The notes: generated from the letters alone by a model not told the origin. DNA of 64,000 bases from Candidatus Poribacteria bacterium (GCA_965205025.1 CBDBFU010000003.1:32001-96000), one strand, 5' to 3'; numbered from the stretch's first letter, positions 1 to 10,843 are shown. Made by a program: numbers and translations.

Positions 1-1077
1 AATGATAAGACATTCGAAGTACTTTCAAATTTAAGGGATATTGAACCAAATTTGGCTGTAATCCGGTTTCAGAAGAATGCTGGGCAGACTTCTGCAATGG
101 CTGCAGGTTTTGAATATGCACAAGGTGAAATTATAATCAGTATGGATGGAGATCTACAGAATGATCCGGCTGATATACCAAAACTACTTGAAAAACTCGA
201 TGATGGGTACGATTTAGTCTGTGGATGGCGTAAGGAAAGGCATGACAAATTTTGGAGTCGTAAAGTTCCTTCCATAATTGCAAACTGGATAATAGGAATA
301 GTTACAGGGGTAGCAATACATGATAACGGTTGTTCTCTAAAAGCATACCGGTCTGAAATGATAAAACAGGTCCCTTTATATGGGGAGATGCATCGTTTCA
401 TTCCTGCAATGTCTACTGTTGTTGGTGCTCGGATTTCAGAAATTGTTGTCACACATCATCCTCGACAATTTGGTACAAGTAAATATGGTCTCGGAAGAGT
501 TTGGAAGGTCTTCCTTGATATTTTAGCCTTTAAATTACTGCTTTCAATATTTGCACAGACTACAAATAATGACAGAATTGACGCAACACAAGAATCTATT
601 AGCCATCAATACATAAAATATAATATATATCGTATATCTGCATTCCTTAGCCTTCCATTCTTAATCTCTGGTTTCTTCTTGTTTAATATATCCAATATCA
701 TAGGATTTAGTCTTATGAGTATTTTTGCTTCCATAATCGGAATTGGTATAATTACTGGTACCACTGTATCAAAAGCTCATAGAGAAGCTGCAGATTTCAG
801 TACACTTGCTCGATTTTTTATAATTCACTGTTCAAGACGTCCTATTCGATACTTTGGACCATTTAGTACGCTAATTGTCTTAATTGGATGTATAGTTTAT
901 GGGTTTTTCCCAAGTTTCGCTCCTTTTATTATTACTCTTGGAATATTGGGGTTTTACATTGGACTCTTTGGTGAAGTCATTTCTTATACAAACGCAAAAA
1001 AAGTTCATGATTATACAGTGGAAATCTTCCTAAATTCCAGAAACGAGGTTATGGGTCTTGACAACAATATTCAATGA
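1..1077 (+). CDS. Glycosyltransferase family 2 (ArnC/DPM1-like polyprenol-phosphate glycosyltransferase) with C-terminal TM helices; 5'-truncated by window edge
   Basis: Frame open from base 1; motifs NAGQTSAMAAG, SMDGDLQNDP (DxD), DLVCGWR, LYGEMHRFIP, HHPRQFGTSKYG. Confidence 0.9.
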   Translation, partial: NDKTFEVLSNLRDIEPNLAVIRFQKNAGQTSAMAAGFEYAQGEIIISMDGDLQNDPADIPKLLEKLDDGYDLVCGWRKERHDKFWSRKVPSIIANWIIGIVTGVAIHDNGCSLKAYRSEMIKQVPLYGEMHRFIPAMSTVVGARISEIVVTHHPRQFGTSKYGLGRVWKVFLDILAFKLLLSIFAQTTNNDRIDATQESISHQYIKYNIYRISAFLSLPFLISGFFLFNISNIIGFSLMSIFASIIGIGIITGTTVSKAHREAADFSTLARFFIIHCSRRPIRYFGPFSTLIVLIGCIVYGFFPSFAPFIITLGILGFYIGLFGEVISYTNAKKVHDYTVEIFLNSRNEVMGLDNNIQ

Positions 1078-2194
1078 TTGGCAATCAGAATTCCCTGTAA
1101 CTCAGAAATATGTCTATATGAACCATGCTGGTGTAGCCCCGCTATCAAAGCGTGTACAAAAGGCTATGGTGAATTTCGTTGAAGATGCAACTGTGAATGG
1201 GGCAGTTAATGTAGATGATTGGGTTGATACAATTGAGGAGTGTAGAGATAGTGCAGCAAAGCTATTGAATGCTAATAACTCTGAAATTGCATTTATGAAG
1301 AATACCACACAAGGTATACTCATCGCTGCAAACGGAATTGATTGGAATGACGGTGATAATGTTGTAACTACTGCAGTTGAATTCCCTGCAAATATCTATC
1401 CTTGGTGGAGTTTAAATCAACGATACGGTGTAGAAACCCGTATGGTATCAGAAAAAAATGGTAAGATATATTTACAAGATCTTATTGATACTATTGATGA
1501 TAGAACACGGGCTTTAACAATAAGTCATGTTGAATTTGCATCTGGTTACCGAAATGACATTACTGCAATCGGTAAAATATGTCATGAACGAGATATATGG
1601 TTTGTTGTTGATGCTATTCAGAGTCTTGGGGCAATTAAGGTTGATGTCAAGAAGAGTAAAATCGATATACTTGCTGCTGATGGTCATAAATGGATGTTAG
1701 CCCCTGAGGGTGCCGCTGTTTTCTATTGTTCAGACAGTAAACGTGACCGACTTATCAATACTAATCTTGGATGGGCAGGTGTAGTAAATCCACGAGATTT
1801 TCTTGATTATGATATAACTCAAAAACCTGATGCCACACGATTTGAAGAAGGATCATATAACACGACAGGTATATATGGACTTAATGCTGCAATAAATTTA
1901 CTAAAGCAAGTTACAATAAAGAACATTGAGGAGAGGATACTTGATCTAACTGGTAAGTTAATAATAGGTTTGGAGAAAAAAGGTTATATAGTTGTTACAC
2001 CAAAAACCAATTCTGATCGCGCAGGGATAGTTATTTTTGAGAGCGACAAATACACTCCAACTGATTTATTCAAATTACTTCAAGATAATTACATCATTGC
2101 AGCAGAACGTGGAAGTGGTATAAGAATTTCTCCACATTTCTATAATTCTGAATCTGAAGTTGAAAGACTACTAAATACACTTCCTGATAATTAA
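1058..2194 (+). CDS. Aminotransferase class V PLP-dependent enzyme (cysteine desulfurase/selenocysteine lyase-like)
   Basis: YMNHAGVAP, VDAIQSLG, ADGHKWMLAPEG (PLP Lys), RISPHFYN. Confidence 0.9.
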   Translation: MTTIFNDWQSEFPVTQKYVYMNHAGVAPLSKRVQKAMVNFVEDATVNGAVNVDDWVDTIEECRDSAAKLLNANNSEIAFMKNTTQGILIAANGIDWNDGDNVVTTAVEFPANIYPWWSLNQRYGVETRMVSEKNGKIYLQDLIDTIDDRTRALTISHVEFASGYRNDITAIGKICHERDIWFVVDAIQSLGAIKVDVKKSKIDILAADGHKWMLAPEGAAVFYCSDSKRDRLINTNLGWAGVVNPRDFLDYDITQKPDATRFEEGSYNTTGIYGLNAAINLLKQVTIKNIEERILDLTGKLIIGLEKKGYIVVTPKTNSDRAGIVIFESDKYTPTDLFKLLQDNYIIAAERGSGIRISPHFYNSESEVERLLNTLPDN

Positions 2195-2233
2195 TTATAA
2201 CTTTCAAATAAGAAAACAATCTGAGAAAACAGA

Positions 2234-3661
2234 GTGATATTACAAACTATGAGAATTCTTCAACTTAATAAGATATTAAAATTATACTTTCTCTCAATAT
2301 TAATCTTATATATTGGATGTACTTTCCCTGGTAGTAAAAAAGATACCAACCGAATTAGATTTACAATCCAAAATACACTGACAGAACCTCAGAAGAACAT
2401 ACCAATCAATCTATCGTTAGAACGACTAAGAACAGTAAAATCTGATTTTTCTTTGAAAGCATTCTCAGTTGTTACAGGAAAAGCACCAAAAGAAGCGATG
2501 ATTCCAGCTCAAGCTGATGATTTAGATTATGATGGAGTCCGTGATCAACTTACTTTCTTATTAGATTTTATCCCACAAGAAACAAAAGAAATCTCAATAT
2601 TATATGATCCTGATGTACAAGCAACATTTACACTTGAAGTGAAAAAACAGTCTCGTGCCGGGATATTCCCTGAATTAGACGCTTCAGGGGCAATTGAATC
2701 TGACCTAATGGCTTATATATTAAAAGCAGATGGTTCTGTAGTTCCCTATGGAAAAAGAAGAGTAGATTTATTCAGTGTAGATGGCATGTTTCAAAATGAA
2801 TTGGACTTCAATGATCAACTTACACCAGAATTCAGGCAGCATTTTGAATCGAATAATATACAACTTACACAGACTCCTCAGGCATTAGATATAGAGATAA
2901 TTACTCCTGAATTTAGTTGGATAATCCACGACTTTGATAACCAAGAAGATTATTATATACGTAAATCAGACGAACAACTGAATCTGTATAAATCAATAGG
3001 GTTATCTTTAAACCAATTATTAACAGACGATAATACCACATTTGTCCCTCTTACTTCTCAAGAAACAATCATTGGATGTGGGGGGTATGTTATATACAAC
3101 AAAGTAAGTAGAAAAATATTTTCATTGAATAATCAGAATGATTACGTACGAATTCTTGCAAATGGTGGAATGAGATCAGTCATTCAAAGAGTATTACCTG
3201 AGGTAAAAATATTGGGTGAAAAATATAAGATGACAATCAGTACTTTCATCTATAGTAGAAATACATGGATTAACCAGACTATACATTTCGATAAACAATT
3301 ATCCTCTGATATAGCTTTGGCAGTTGGGATACCTAAATTTGAGAGCGAATTCGGTATTGATGAAGAATTACAATTGATCTGGTCTTGGGGAACTGATCCG
3401 AATGGTTCACATCCACTCGGTTATGCACTTTTTTATGATGAACCTAAGAGTGATGGAATCATAGAAATTGATCCTTCAATATTATCTATTTCATTAAAAC
3501 CTAATGAACGTGGACACATATATTACCGTGTATTATCTATTTGGGATGGAGGAATTAATACTATTCTTACAAAAACAGAATTTCTAAAATATCTAAAGAA
3601 TATGAGAACAATTATGGAAAATAAACCAACAATTAATTTCATACATGGAGAAGATAATTAG
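2234..3661 (+). CDS. Putative lipoprotein, DUF4861-like
   Basis: Lipobox-like LYIGC; IPAQADDLDYDGVRDQLTF motif typical of this family; start may be ATG 2249. Confidence 0.55.
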   Translation: MILQTMRILQLNKILKLYFLSILILYIGCTFPGSKKDTNRIRFTIQNTLTEPQKNIPINLSLERLRTVKSDFSLKAFSVVTGKAPKEAMIPAQADDLDYDGVRDQLTFLLDFIPQETKEISILYDPDVQATFTLEVKKQSRAGIFPELDASGAIESDLMAYILKADGSVVPYGKRRVDLFSVDGMFQNELDFNDQLTPEFRQHFESNNIQLTQTPQALDIEIITPEFSWIIHDFDNQEDYYIRKSDEQLNLYKSIGLSLNQLLTDDNTTFVPLTSQETIIGCGGYVIYNKVSRKIFSLNNQNDYVRILANGGMRSVIQRVLPEVKILGEKYKMTISTFIYSRNTWINQTIHFDKQLSSDIALAVGIPKFESEFGIDEELQLIWSWGTDPNGSHPLGYALFYDEPKSDGIIEIDPSILSISLKPNERGHIYYRVLSIWDGGINTILTKTEFLKYLKNMRTIMENKPTINFIHGEDN

Positions 3662-3693
3662 ACTTAGATTGACTCTAAACCTATGGAGGATTA

Positions 3694-4290
3694 ATGCTCA
3701 ATAAAGAAGAATGTCTCAGTGTGATAGCATCCCAACGTAATGATGAAATTGTCATCACAACTATGGGGACGAGTGTGCCTTGGGCAAGAATCTCCTCACA
3801 TCCATTGGATTATGCATCGGTTGGTAGTGCGATGGGACATGCTGCTGATTTAGCTATCGGTATCGCTTTGGCAAGACCGGATAATAAGGTAGTTGTATTA
3901 AATGGTGATGGAAGCATGTTGATGTGTTTAGGTACGCTTGCAACAATTACTGGCTTGGATAAAATGCCTACTAATTATATATTATTTGTTTGTGATAATG
4001 GTACCTATGAAGTAACTGGGAATCAACCAGTTCCTCGAAATCCAGATTTATCATGGATAACCATTGCAAAAGGTGTAGGTTTTCAGGAAGTGTATGAATT
4101 TGATGACATTAAAGTCCTTCAGGACAATCTACCAAAGATATGGAATAAGTCAGGTCCAACATTTGTGAGTTTAAAAATTGAACAAGCAAATGAACCACCC
4201 CCAGACAGATGGGGAGGATTCAATTTTCCATATTTACAAGAAACCTTGGCAACATCAACCCATAATTTAAGGACTGCTTTATCACAATAA
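3694..4290 (+). CDS. Thiamine-diphosphate-binding subunit, sulfopyruvate/phosphonopyruvate decarboxylase beta (ComE-like)
   Basis: GSAMG, GIALARP, NGDGSMLM..LGTL, DNGTYEVTGNQP; RBS GGAGG. Confidence 0.8.
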   Translation: MLNKEECLSVIASQRNDEIVITTMGTSVPWARISSHPLDYASVGSAMGHAADLAIGIALARPDNKVVVLNGDGSMLMCLGTLATITGLDKMPTNYILFVCDNGTYEVTGNQPVPRNPDLSWITIAKGVGFQEVYEFDDIKVLQDNLPKIWNKSGPTFVSLKIEQANEPPPDRWGGFNFPYLQETLATSTHNLRTALSQ

Positions 4291-4313
4291 ATAATCCGAT
4301 AGGAATTACTACT

Positions 4314-5210
4314 ATGGTAACAAAATTAGAAAAACGGAGAATGGGACGGACTGAAATGCATCCAAATTCATTAGGACTTGGTGCTGCATGGTTATGTCAT
4401 AAACCTGATGATGAGGTCATCAATTCAATTCGTCGGGCAATTGAACTTGGAATTAATTATATTGATACTTATCCTGGACATGCAGAACATCTTTGGGGTA
4501 AAGCTCTTTCTGATGGATTAAGAGAAAGGATCTATCTACAAGCAAAAGTAGGTACACATCCTGAAAGAAGGAAAGATTTTACTGAAGATGGAACACGTTG
4601 GAGCGTTACCAACAGTATTAGAGATTTACAGACAGAATATCTTGATGCAGTCTTGATTCATGATCCAGAAAATATGGAGAGTGTATTAGACAAAGGTTGT
4701 GCATTAGACACACTCTTGGAGATGAAGTCAGAAGGTATTATACGACACATTGGTGCGGGAGTACGATCTCATGAATTCCATAAAGAATTGATACAAACGG
4801 GACATATAGATATCATACTTACCTTCCTTGATTACACACTACTATCACAAACTGTTGCCAAAACAACAATCCCGTTAGCACGTGAATATGATGTAGGACT
4901 AATTCTTGCCAGTCCATTAGGAATGGGAAGTTTAACAGGTGTAGAACCAAACATTGAAGATGAACGTAGAAGAAATCCTGATGGCGAACCCCAAGCACAT
5001 TCAATGTGGAAATGGTGTAAAGAAAAAGGTGTCAATATCCGTCATATAGCAATGCAGTTTTGTCTTGCTGCACCGATAGATGGCATAGTAATGTTCGGAC
5101 CAGCAGATAAATCTCAAGTGGAAGATGGTTATGAAGCAGCTACCACAACAATTCCTGAGGAAGTATGGGAATCTTTTGAAAATGAATTTGGTATAAGACG
5201 TGGTATGTAA
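4314..5210 (+). CDS. Aldo/keto reductase
   Basis: RRMGRT, GLG, GINYIDT, YLDAVLIHDP, GIIRHIG. Confidence 0.9.
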   Translation: MVTKLEKRRMGRTEMHPNSLGLGAAWLCHKPDDEVINSIRRAIELGINYIDTYPGHAEHLWGKALSDGLRERIYLQAKVGTHPERRKDFTEDGTRWSVTNSIRDLQTEYLDAVLIHDPENMESVLDKGCALDTLLEMKSEGIIRHIGAGVRSHEFHKELIQTGHIDIILTFLDYTLLSQTVAKTTIPLAREYDVGLILASPLGMGSLTGVEPNIEDERRRNPDGEPQAHSMWKWCKEKGVNIRHIAMQFCLAAPIDGIVMFGPADKSQVEDGYEAATTTIPEEVWESFENEFGIRRGM

Positions 5211-5215
5211 ACCAA

Positions 5216-5260
5216 CAGGACTTACCCACTTCCTTGGTAGGTGCGGTTTCTATCCCAACC
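5216..5260. repeat. Remnant: CAGGACTTAC element end plus half GTAG-type REP
   Basis: CAGGACTTAC matches the end of the 7062-7182 element; GTAGGTGCGGTTTC matches the REP at 12873. Confidence 0.5.
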
Positions 5261-5297
5261 ATAAAATGAAGTTTATTTGTCTATCATCAAACTCACG

Positions 5298-6098
5298 TTA
5301 AGATTTAACACCTTCAGACAATTCAGACGCAAACTTCTTTACTGCCTTTAACATTCGTTCTTTATTGTGCATATTATCTTCAACTACATTTACAATTGCA
5401 CTCCCAACAATTACACCATCCGCAATCTCTGATACCTCTTTCGCATGTTCAGGAGTTGATACTCCAAACCCAACACCCACAGGCTTATCTGTGTGTTCTC
5501 TGAGATTAGTTATCATAGGAGCTATTTCATCCGATAGAGTTGCACGCACTCCTGTCACTCCTATTAATGAAACACCATAGATAAATCCTGTACTGACCGA
5601 ACCAATTAATTCCATTCGATCAGAGGAACTAGTAGGTGCCACAAGAAAAATGGTTGATATATTATATTTTGAAGCTACTTCCAATAAAGGTTGACCTTCT
5701 TCCGGTGGCAAATCCGGTACAATCACCCCATCTACTCCTGCTTCTTGTGCTGATCTACAAAAAACTGATTCCCCCATTGAGAAGATTGGGTTGTAATAAC
5801 TCATCAAGGCAATAGGTATTTTTGTCTTCTGTCTAAGGTTAGAAACCATGTCTAAGATTTGTTCGAGGGAAATGTTGTGAGTAAGAGCACGTTCACTGGC
5901 TCTTTGAACTGTGGGACCGTCTGCTATTGGATCAGAAAATGGAACACCTAATTCTATCAGGTCTGCACCTGCATCTTCAAGTGTTAGAAGTAAATCTGGA
6001 GTTAATTCGGGGGTGGGATCACCTGCACAAAGGTAAGGCATAAAGGCACAGGTATCTGACTGTCTGAGCTCTTGAAATGTCTTGTCAATTCGATTCAT
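5298..6098 (-). CDS. trpA: Tryptophan synthase alpha chain
   Basis: PYLCAGDP, IELGVPFSDPIADGPTVQ, MSYYNP, VPDLPPEE, GFGVS, DGVIVGSA. Confidence 0.97.
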   Translation of the reverse strand: MNRIDKTFQELRQSDTCAFMPYLCAGDPTPELTPDLLLTLEDAGADLIELGVPFSDPIADGPTVQRASERALTHNISLEQILDMVSNLRQKTKIPIALMSYYNPIFSMGESVFCRSAQEAGVDGVIVPDLPPEEGQPLLEVASKYNISTIFLVAPTSSSDRMELIGSVSTGFIYGVSLIGVTGVRATLSDEIAPMITNLREHTDKPVGVGFGVSTPEHAKEVSEIADGVIVGSAIVNVVEDNMHNKERMLKAVKKFASELSEGVKS

Positions 6099-6230
6099 GT
6101 ATAATTATTTGAGAGTTCCACTAAGGATATTTTCAATTATACATTGTCGATAATGTCTTGTCAAGTATCAGGGTTATTACCCAGTCAAAATATAGTTGTG
6201 AAATACTACCGAATAAACGCAAATACATTT

Positions 6231-6509
6231 ATGAAAATAGAAGTTAAGCGTCAAAAAGATGCAAAGGTCTCTCCAACAACGCAGAGGAAGCGCATTAACC
6301 TTAAGATGGATACTGATAATATGACTCCAGAGGAAAAGGAGAAATTCAATAAAACATTTGAGATGCTACGAACTGAGGATGAATACGAAATCCGTGCTTG
6401 GAGAGCAAGCGGAGGTGAAGACCCTTATATTCTGTTCCAAGGTACGAAAGAAGCATGCGAAACAGAATATGCTAAACTCAAGCGCATACTAACAACTTCG
6501 GAATCTTAG
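6231..6509 (+). CDS. Hypothetical small protein
   Basis: ORF track 6144-6509; ATG at 6231 (MKIEVKR) more plausible; no recognised motif. Confidence 0.45.
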   Translation: MKIEVKRQKDAKVSPTTQRKRINLKMDTDNMTPEEKEKFNKTFEMLRTEDEYEIRAWRASGGEDPYILFQGTKEACETEYAKLKRILTTSES

Positions 6510-6679
6510 GTTAGGGTATGTTATATCGGATTGAGAGTGCAGGCATCGGATTTCGCTGCCAGCATTACATAATCAGAAAGAGGATGGATCGTTAGATAAA
6601 TTGTTAATATATGCTTTCAAATCAAAAGCGTTGTCGCCAACAAATAGACGTTTGAATATTTCATCAAAAACATAGTTTT

Positions 6680-7283
6680 TCACACTGGGTTATCTTCTAC
6701 TTGAGGGTCTTGCGTTGTTGTAGGAATATTGAAATCAGCTGCAGATGGTATTGGTTCAGTGAATGTCTCCCCACGTGCTTCAGCTGCCTGCCTACGCCGA
6801 TCCCAGTCTAAAAATTGTTGAATTATATCCATTTTTTATTTATTGTGCGCTTCCTGATTTTTTCTTTTTCTCTCTTCCCAGAGTAATCGAAATAAGAACA
6901 CAATGACACCTCCACCTTCCAAAAATGTAATGATTAAGGTTAAAGTCGCAAAGATTTTCGGACTATTATTGAATAACGTTGTGATGGCACCCAAAGAAGG
7001 TTAACCGGAAACAAAAAATATTAAGTATAGGATATATCCAATGACAACAATAAAAAATATTCAGGACTTATGCATTTCATCTTAAAGTCCCCCTGATAAG
7101 GGGGATTTAGGGGGTTAAAACACTGAAATGACGGCTTTTTAAGTCAAATTTTACCTTTTTCTGCTTAAGTTGCGTAAGTCCTAATATTAAGAAATAGTTT
7201 TTTGATGCCTTAGCATACCACGTATAACGAGCTAAATTATGTTCTTTATCTTGTTGGGTGCTTTCATGATTTTCTATAGACAT
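6680..7283 (-). pseudogene. Small membrane protein gene broken by a MITE and two in-frame TAA stops; C-terminus WDRRRQAAEARGETFTEP
   Basis: Removing 7062-7182 plus one AATATT copy joins ..KNYFLI to FFIVVIGYILYLIFFVSG*PSLG..LLWEERKRKNQEAHNK*KMDIIQQFLDWDRRR.. in one frame. Confidence 0.7.
7062..7182. mobile_element. MITE-like element (121 bp) with AGGACTTA(T/C)GCA inverted ends and 6-bp AATATT target duplication
   Basis: AGGACTTATGCA...TGCGTAAGTCCT; AATATT at 7056-7061 and 7183-7188; internal hairpin TCCCCCT-GATA-AGGGGGA. Confidence 0.8.
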
Positions 7284-7301
7284 TTCGTCCCTACGGGACT
7301 C
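7274..7301. repeat. REP-like hairpin, CTATAGACAT..GTCCCTACGGGAC family
   Basis: Near-identical to copies at 44384-44461. Confidence 0.75.
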
Positions 7302-7477
7302 CAATTTTTACAGCTAATTAATTCTATTTAGACGAAAATCGTAATGTAGATATTTCAATTGAAAACGGTATTATGCTACATAAAACGCGAGTTGGTAACC
7401 CATAGTTTTGGATTCCGCTGGAAAAATGTAAAATTGGACAAATTGAAGGATTAAATGTACTATTAATCATCTCTATT

Positions 7478-8458
7478 TTGGCTATAGGTAATGAAATGAA
7501 ACAAGTTCTTATTGATACTGATCCAGGGGTAGATGATGCCTTAGCATTAATCTACGCTTTCAAATCGCCGGATATCAAGGTAGAAGCCATTACAACGGTT
7601 AGTGGGAATGTCAATCTTGAGACTACATCACAAAATCTCCTCAAAATACTAAATTTGATGAATCTTTCAGAATTTCCTATTATTGCAAAGGGTGAAGCAC
7701 AACCGTTGATAAAACCACCAGTAGTTGCTGAGGATGTTCATGGGAAGGATGGTTTAGGTAATATCAGTGAATTACTCAATTCTGCGGGGAAGTTGAAATA
7801 TGATACTGCAGATTGTCAATTTACAGATCAATCCGCAGATGACTTAATTCTTGAGATGGTAGACTGTTATCCTGACGAGTTGATTATAGTAGCTTTAGGT
7901 CCATTAACCAATATAGCTAAAGCAATTCAAAAGGATTTGACTCGTTTTCAAAAGGTACACAGTCTTTATCTCATGGGTGGTGTATTTACTGAATATGGTA
8001 ATATTACTACAAATGCGGAATTCAATGTTTTTGTTGATCCACACGCAGCCCACGAAGTATTTAAATCAGGTGTACCTATTCACATTGCCCCATTAGATGT
8101 GACACATCAAGTCAAATTGACAGGTGAACGGTTACAAATAGAACTTGGAGGACGGGAGGATATAATCTCATATTTTATATATGATTCTACACAAGCAGTG
8201 ATGCGGTTTTACCAAGAAAACGTTGGCTTCTATGGATTTCATATTCATGATGCACTACCAATTGGCATGCTCAATCATCCGGAATTATTCAAGAGTGTAG
8301 AAACTCACGTACAAGTAGAAACGGAGGGAGAATTAACCAGTGGCATGACAGTGGCTGATCTTCGTAAAAAGACTGTTACAGATCCAAATGCTAAAGTATA
8401 TGTTGAGGTAGATGCGGATTCTTTTCTTGACCTTTTCTTTAAAACAATCCTAACCTAA
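7478..8458 (+). CDS. Nucleoside hydrolase (IUNH/Rih family)
   Basis: IDTDPGVDDA, VHGKDGLG, LGPLTNIA, AEFNVFVDPHAA, HDA; probable start ATG 7496. Confidence 0.93.
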   Translation: MAIGNEMKQVLIDTDPGVDDALALIYAFKSPDIKVEAITTVSGNVNLETTSQNLLKILNLMNLSEFPIIAKGEAQPLIKPPVVAEDVHGKDGLGNISELLNSAGKLKYDTADCQFTDQSADDLILEMVDCYPDELIIVALGPLTNIAKAIQKDLTRFQKVHSLYLMGGVFTEYGNITTNAEFNVFVDPHAAHEVFKSGVPIHIAPLDVTHQVKLTGERLQIELGGREDIISYFIYDSTQAVMRFYQENVGFYGFHIHDALPIGMLNHPELFKSVETHVQVETEGELTSGMTVADLRKKTVTDPNAKVYVEVDADSFLDLFFKTILT

Positions 8459-8473
8459 GCAATGCATACCCTA

Positions 8474-8986
8474 TCATCTTATCCCCATTGGATTCCTTGG
8501 AATATACCGAAAATCTGCAGTGGGATCTCTCCTTAAACTTCGTGGTATATCCAATTCAGGCATTTTCAGACTATTAAATACAATCCGTTGTTTTTCAGTT
8601 AGCTCATTTGTAATTTCTTGTAGTAATTTTCCTATCTCTTTTAAGAGGACATTCCTATGTGTAAGGAACTTCCTTACTTTTATACGTACATTCGAAAGTC
8701 TCCGTTGTCTTTGAGCTGTGCTTAGACCACCATCGTAACGGTAAAGCTGTCTATCTTGCGTCATGACGCGATACTCTCTTAAATCAGACTCAATCTGTCT
8801 TTTTTCAAAATCGTAATCATCTAATACATCCTGAATTAACTTCAATTTTGGATGAATTATATTCTTTTGCTTGTCAGAGAGTTGCAATGCATCAGTACTT
8901 TTGGAAATCTGAGTAAGCCTAACCTTACCACACCCGACTATTAGAAGGATGAAAAATAGTAAGGACATGTTCTGTAGAATATTCAT
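8474..8986 (-). CDS. Hypothetical lipoprotein with coiled coil
   Basis: Lipobox LIVGC; helical heptads; RBS GAGG. Confidence 0.6.
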   Translation of the reverse strand: MNILQNMSLLFFILLIVGCGKVRLTQISKSTDALQLSDKQKNIIHPKLKLIQDVLDDYDFEKRQIESDLREYRVMTQDRQLYRYDGGLSTAQRQRRLSNVRIKVRKFLTHRNVLLKEIGKLLQEITNELTEKQRIVFNSLKMPELDIPRSLRRDPTADFRYIPRNPMGIR

Positions 8987-9139
8987 ATCTGTAACCTCAG
9001 AAATTGTTCCAAACAGTGAATATATGACAAATGATTTAATCAGAAGTCAATGGTTTATAATTGGATTGTATTTTACTTACTAAGTTAATCCATTGAACGA
9101 TAGACGAGATATTATGATTACAGAATGAAAGTTTTCAAC

Positions 9140-10651
9140 TTATGAATCCAGAGAATACAATTCACCATACTTTGTTCTTAGATATTTCATATATGGTTCA
9201 ATTGTCATAGATTTCCCTGTTGCACGTTCAATTAACTCTGGAGCAGTAAATTTCGATCCATGTTGATAGACATTCTCTATTAACCAATTGTGTAGTGTCT
9301 GGAATTCACCATTCTCAATTTCATTTGGAATTTCAGGATGTGCTTCCAACGCTGTCATATAAAATTGTGCTCCTAATATATTCCCTAATGTATATCCTTG
9401 AAATCCTCCACCAATGAGATTGTAATACCAGTGTACATCCTGTAATACACCATCTTTATCATCAGGTGGAACGATCCCAAAATCTGCTTCAAATCTTTCT
9501 CTCCACGCATCAGGTAGGTCTTTGATTTCCATTTCTCCTTCCAATAATGCGAGCTCAAAATCAAAACGTAACATGACATGTAGATTGTAGGTTACCTCGT
9601 CAGCTTCCGTACGTATAAGTGAGCGTTCTACCTTATTAATTGCGCGATGGAATGTATCAAGAGACACATCATTTAGTTGGTCTGGAAATAACTGTTGTAA
9701 TTGTGGATAAAAACACTTCCAGAATCCCTTACTTCTTCCAACAATATTTTCCCAGAGTCTGGATTGGCTTTCATGAACACCTGCTGAAGTTCCTCTTGCC
9801 AAAGGTGTTCCTTCAAAATCCATGCGAATTCCTTGTTCATATAAGGCATGTCCAGTTTCATGCATTGTACAGAACATGGCTTCTCCCAAACTATCCTCTT
9901 TAGATCGGGTGGTAATGCGGACATCTCCTAACGAGAATTTGGTCATGAATGGATGGTGTGTTTTATCTGACCGTCCCCGATTTAAATCATACCCAAATTT
10001 CTGTGCAATGTCTAAACCGAATGACAACTGTTTTTCTTCTGGGTAGATTTTGTGTAAACAGGTGTCATCTGTTGGGGGTTGTGAAGTAATTGCAGATGCA
10101 ATCGGAACCAGTTGTTCACGTAGTTCTGCAAAAACTCTCTTTACGTCCGTTGCTTTCATGCCATAATCTCTGGGTTCAATTAATGGATCTGCAATGTGGT
10201 CATATCCAGGGAAGAAATTTGCGGCTTGACGACTATATTCCAGCGTTTTTTCAAGGTAGGGTCGTACCCTTTCAAAGTCATTTGCAGGACGTGCTTCAGT
10301 CCATACTTGATAGGATTCCGATGAATGTGTTGCAACTTCTGCTAAAAATTCGGATGGAATTTTTATTGCTCTATCATACTGTCTACGAGTAAGTCGTATT
10401 AGACTCGCTTCATCTGAACTATAATCAAGACTCTGTTCGTAAGGCATTAAATCGTCAAGTAGTTTTCCGATTGCAGGGTCAGTAAACTTCTCATGTGCCA
10501 ATCGCCTTAGAGTGGCAGATTGTCGGGCGCGTGCTGCTGCACCACCAGGTGGCATGTAAGTAGATTGATCCCAATGAAGCAGGCCAGCAGCAGCTTGTAT
10601 ATCATTTACTTCAATTAAACGAGTTTTAAGTAGGTTATAATTTGTTTCCAA
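9140..10651 (-). CDS. Carboxypeptidase, peptidase family M32
   Basis: HPF, DVRITTR, HETGHALYEQG (HEXXH), HESQ, IRTEADE, GVLQDVHW. Confidence 0.95.
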   Translation of the reverse strand: METNYNLLKTRLIEVNDIQAAAGLLHWDQSTYMPPGGAAARARQSATLRRLAHEKFTDPAIGKLLDDLMPYEQSLDYSSDEASLIRLTRRQYDRAIKIPSEFLAEVATHSSESYQVWTEARPANDFERVRPYLEKTLEYSRQAANFFPGYDHIADPLIEPRDYGMKATDVKRVFAELREQLVPIASAITSQPPTDDTCLHKIYPEEKQLSFGLDIAQKFGYDLNRGRSDKTHHPFMTKFSLGDVRITTRSKEDSLGEAMFCTMHETGHALYEQGIRMDFEGTPLARGTSAGVHESQSRLWENIVGRSKGFWKCFYPQLQQLFPDQLNDVSLDTFHRAINKVERSLIRTEADEVTYNLHVMLRFDFELALLEGEMEIKDLPDAWRERFEADFGIVPPDDKDGVLQDVHWYYNLIGGGFQGYTLGNILGAQFYMTALEAHPEIPNEIENGEFQTLHNWLIENVYQHGSKFTAPELIERATGKSMTIEPYMKYLRTKYGELYSLDS

Positions 10652-10843
10652 GATACTTCTCCTCTAAGGTTGGTCTCCTCACATTCTACCATAGTTTGTT
10701 ATGCCATACAAAAGAATTCACAGCACAACTGACTGTTGTTAGTTGGAACTCCTTCATTCCTTACTATTTATGTCCAAAACATTATAGTTTAATTTAGAGA
10801 ATTCATGTAAAATAGTTTACAAATTATTTAGATAGGAAAACGA

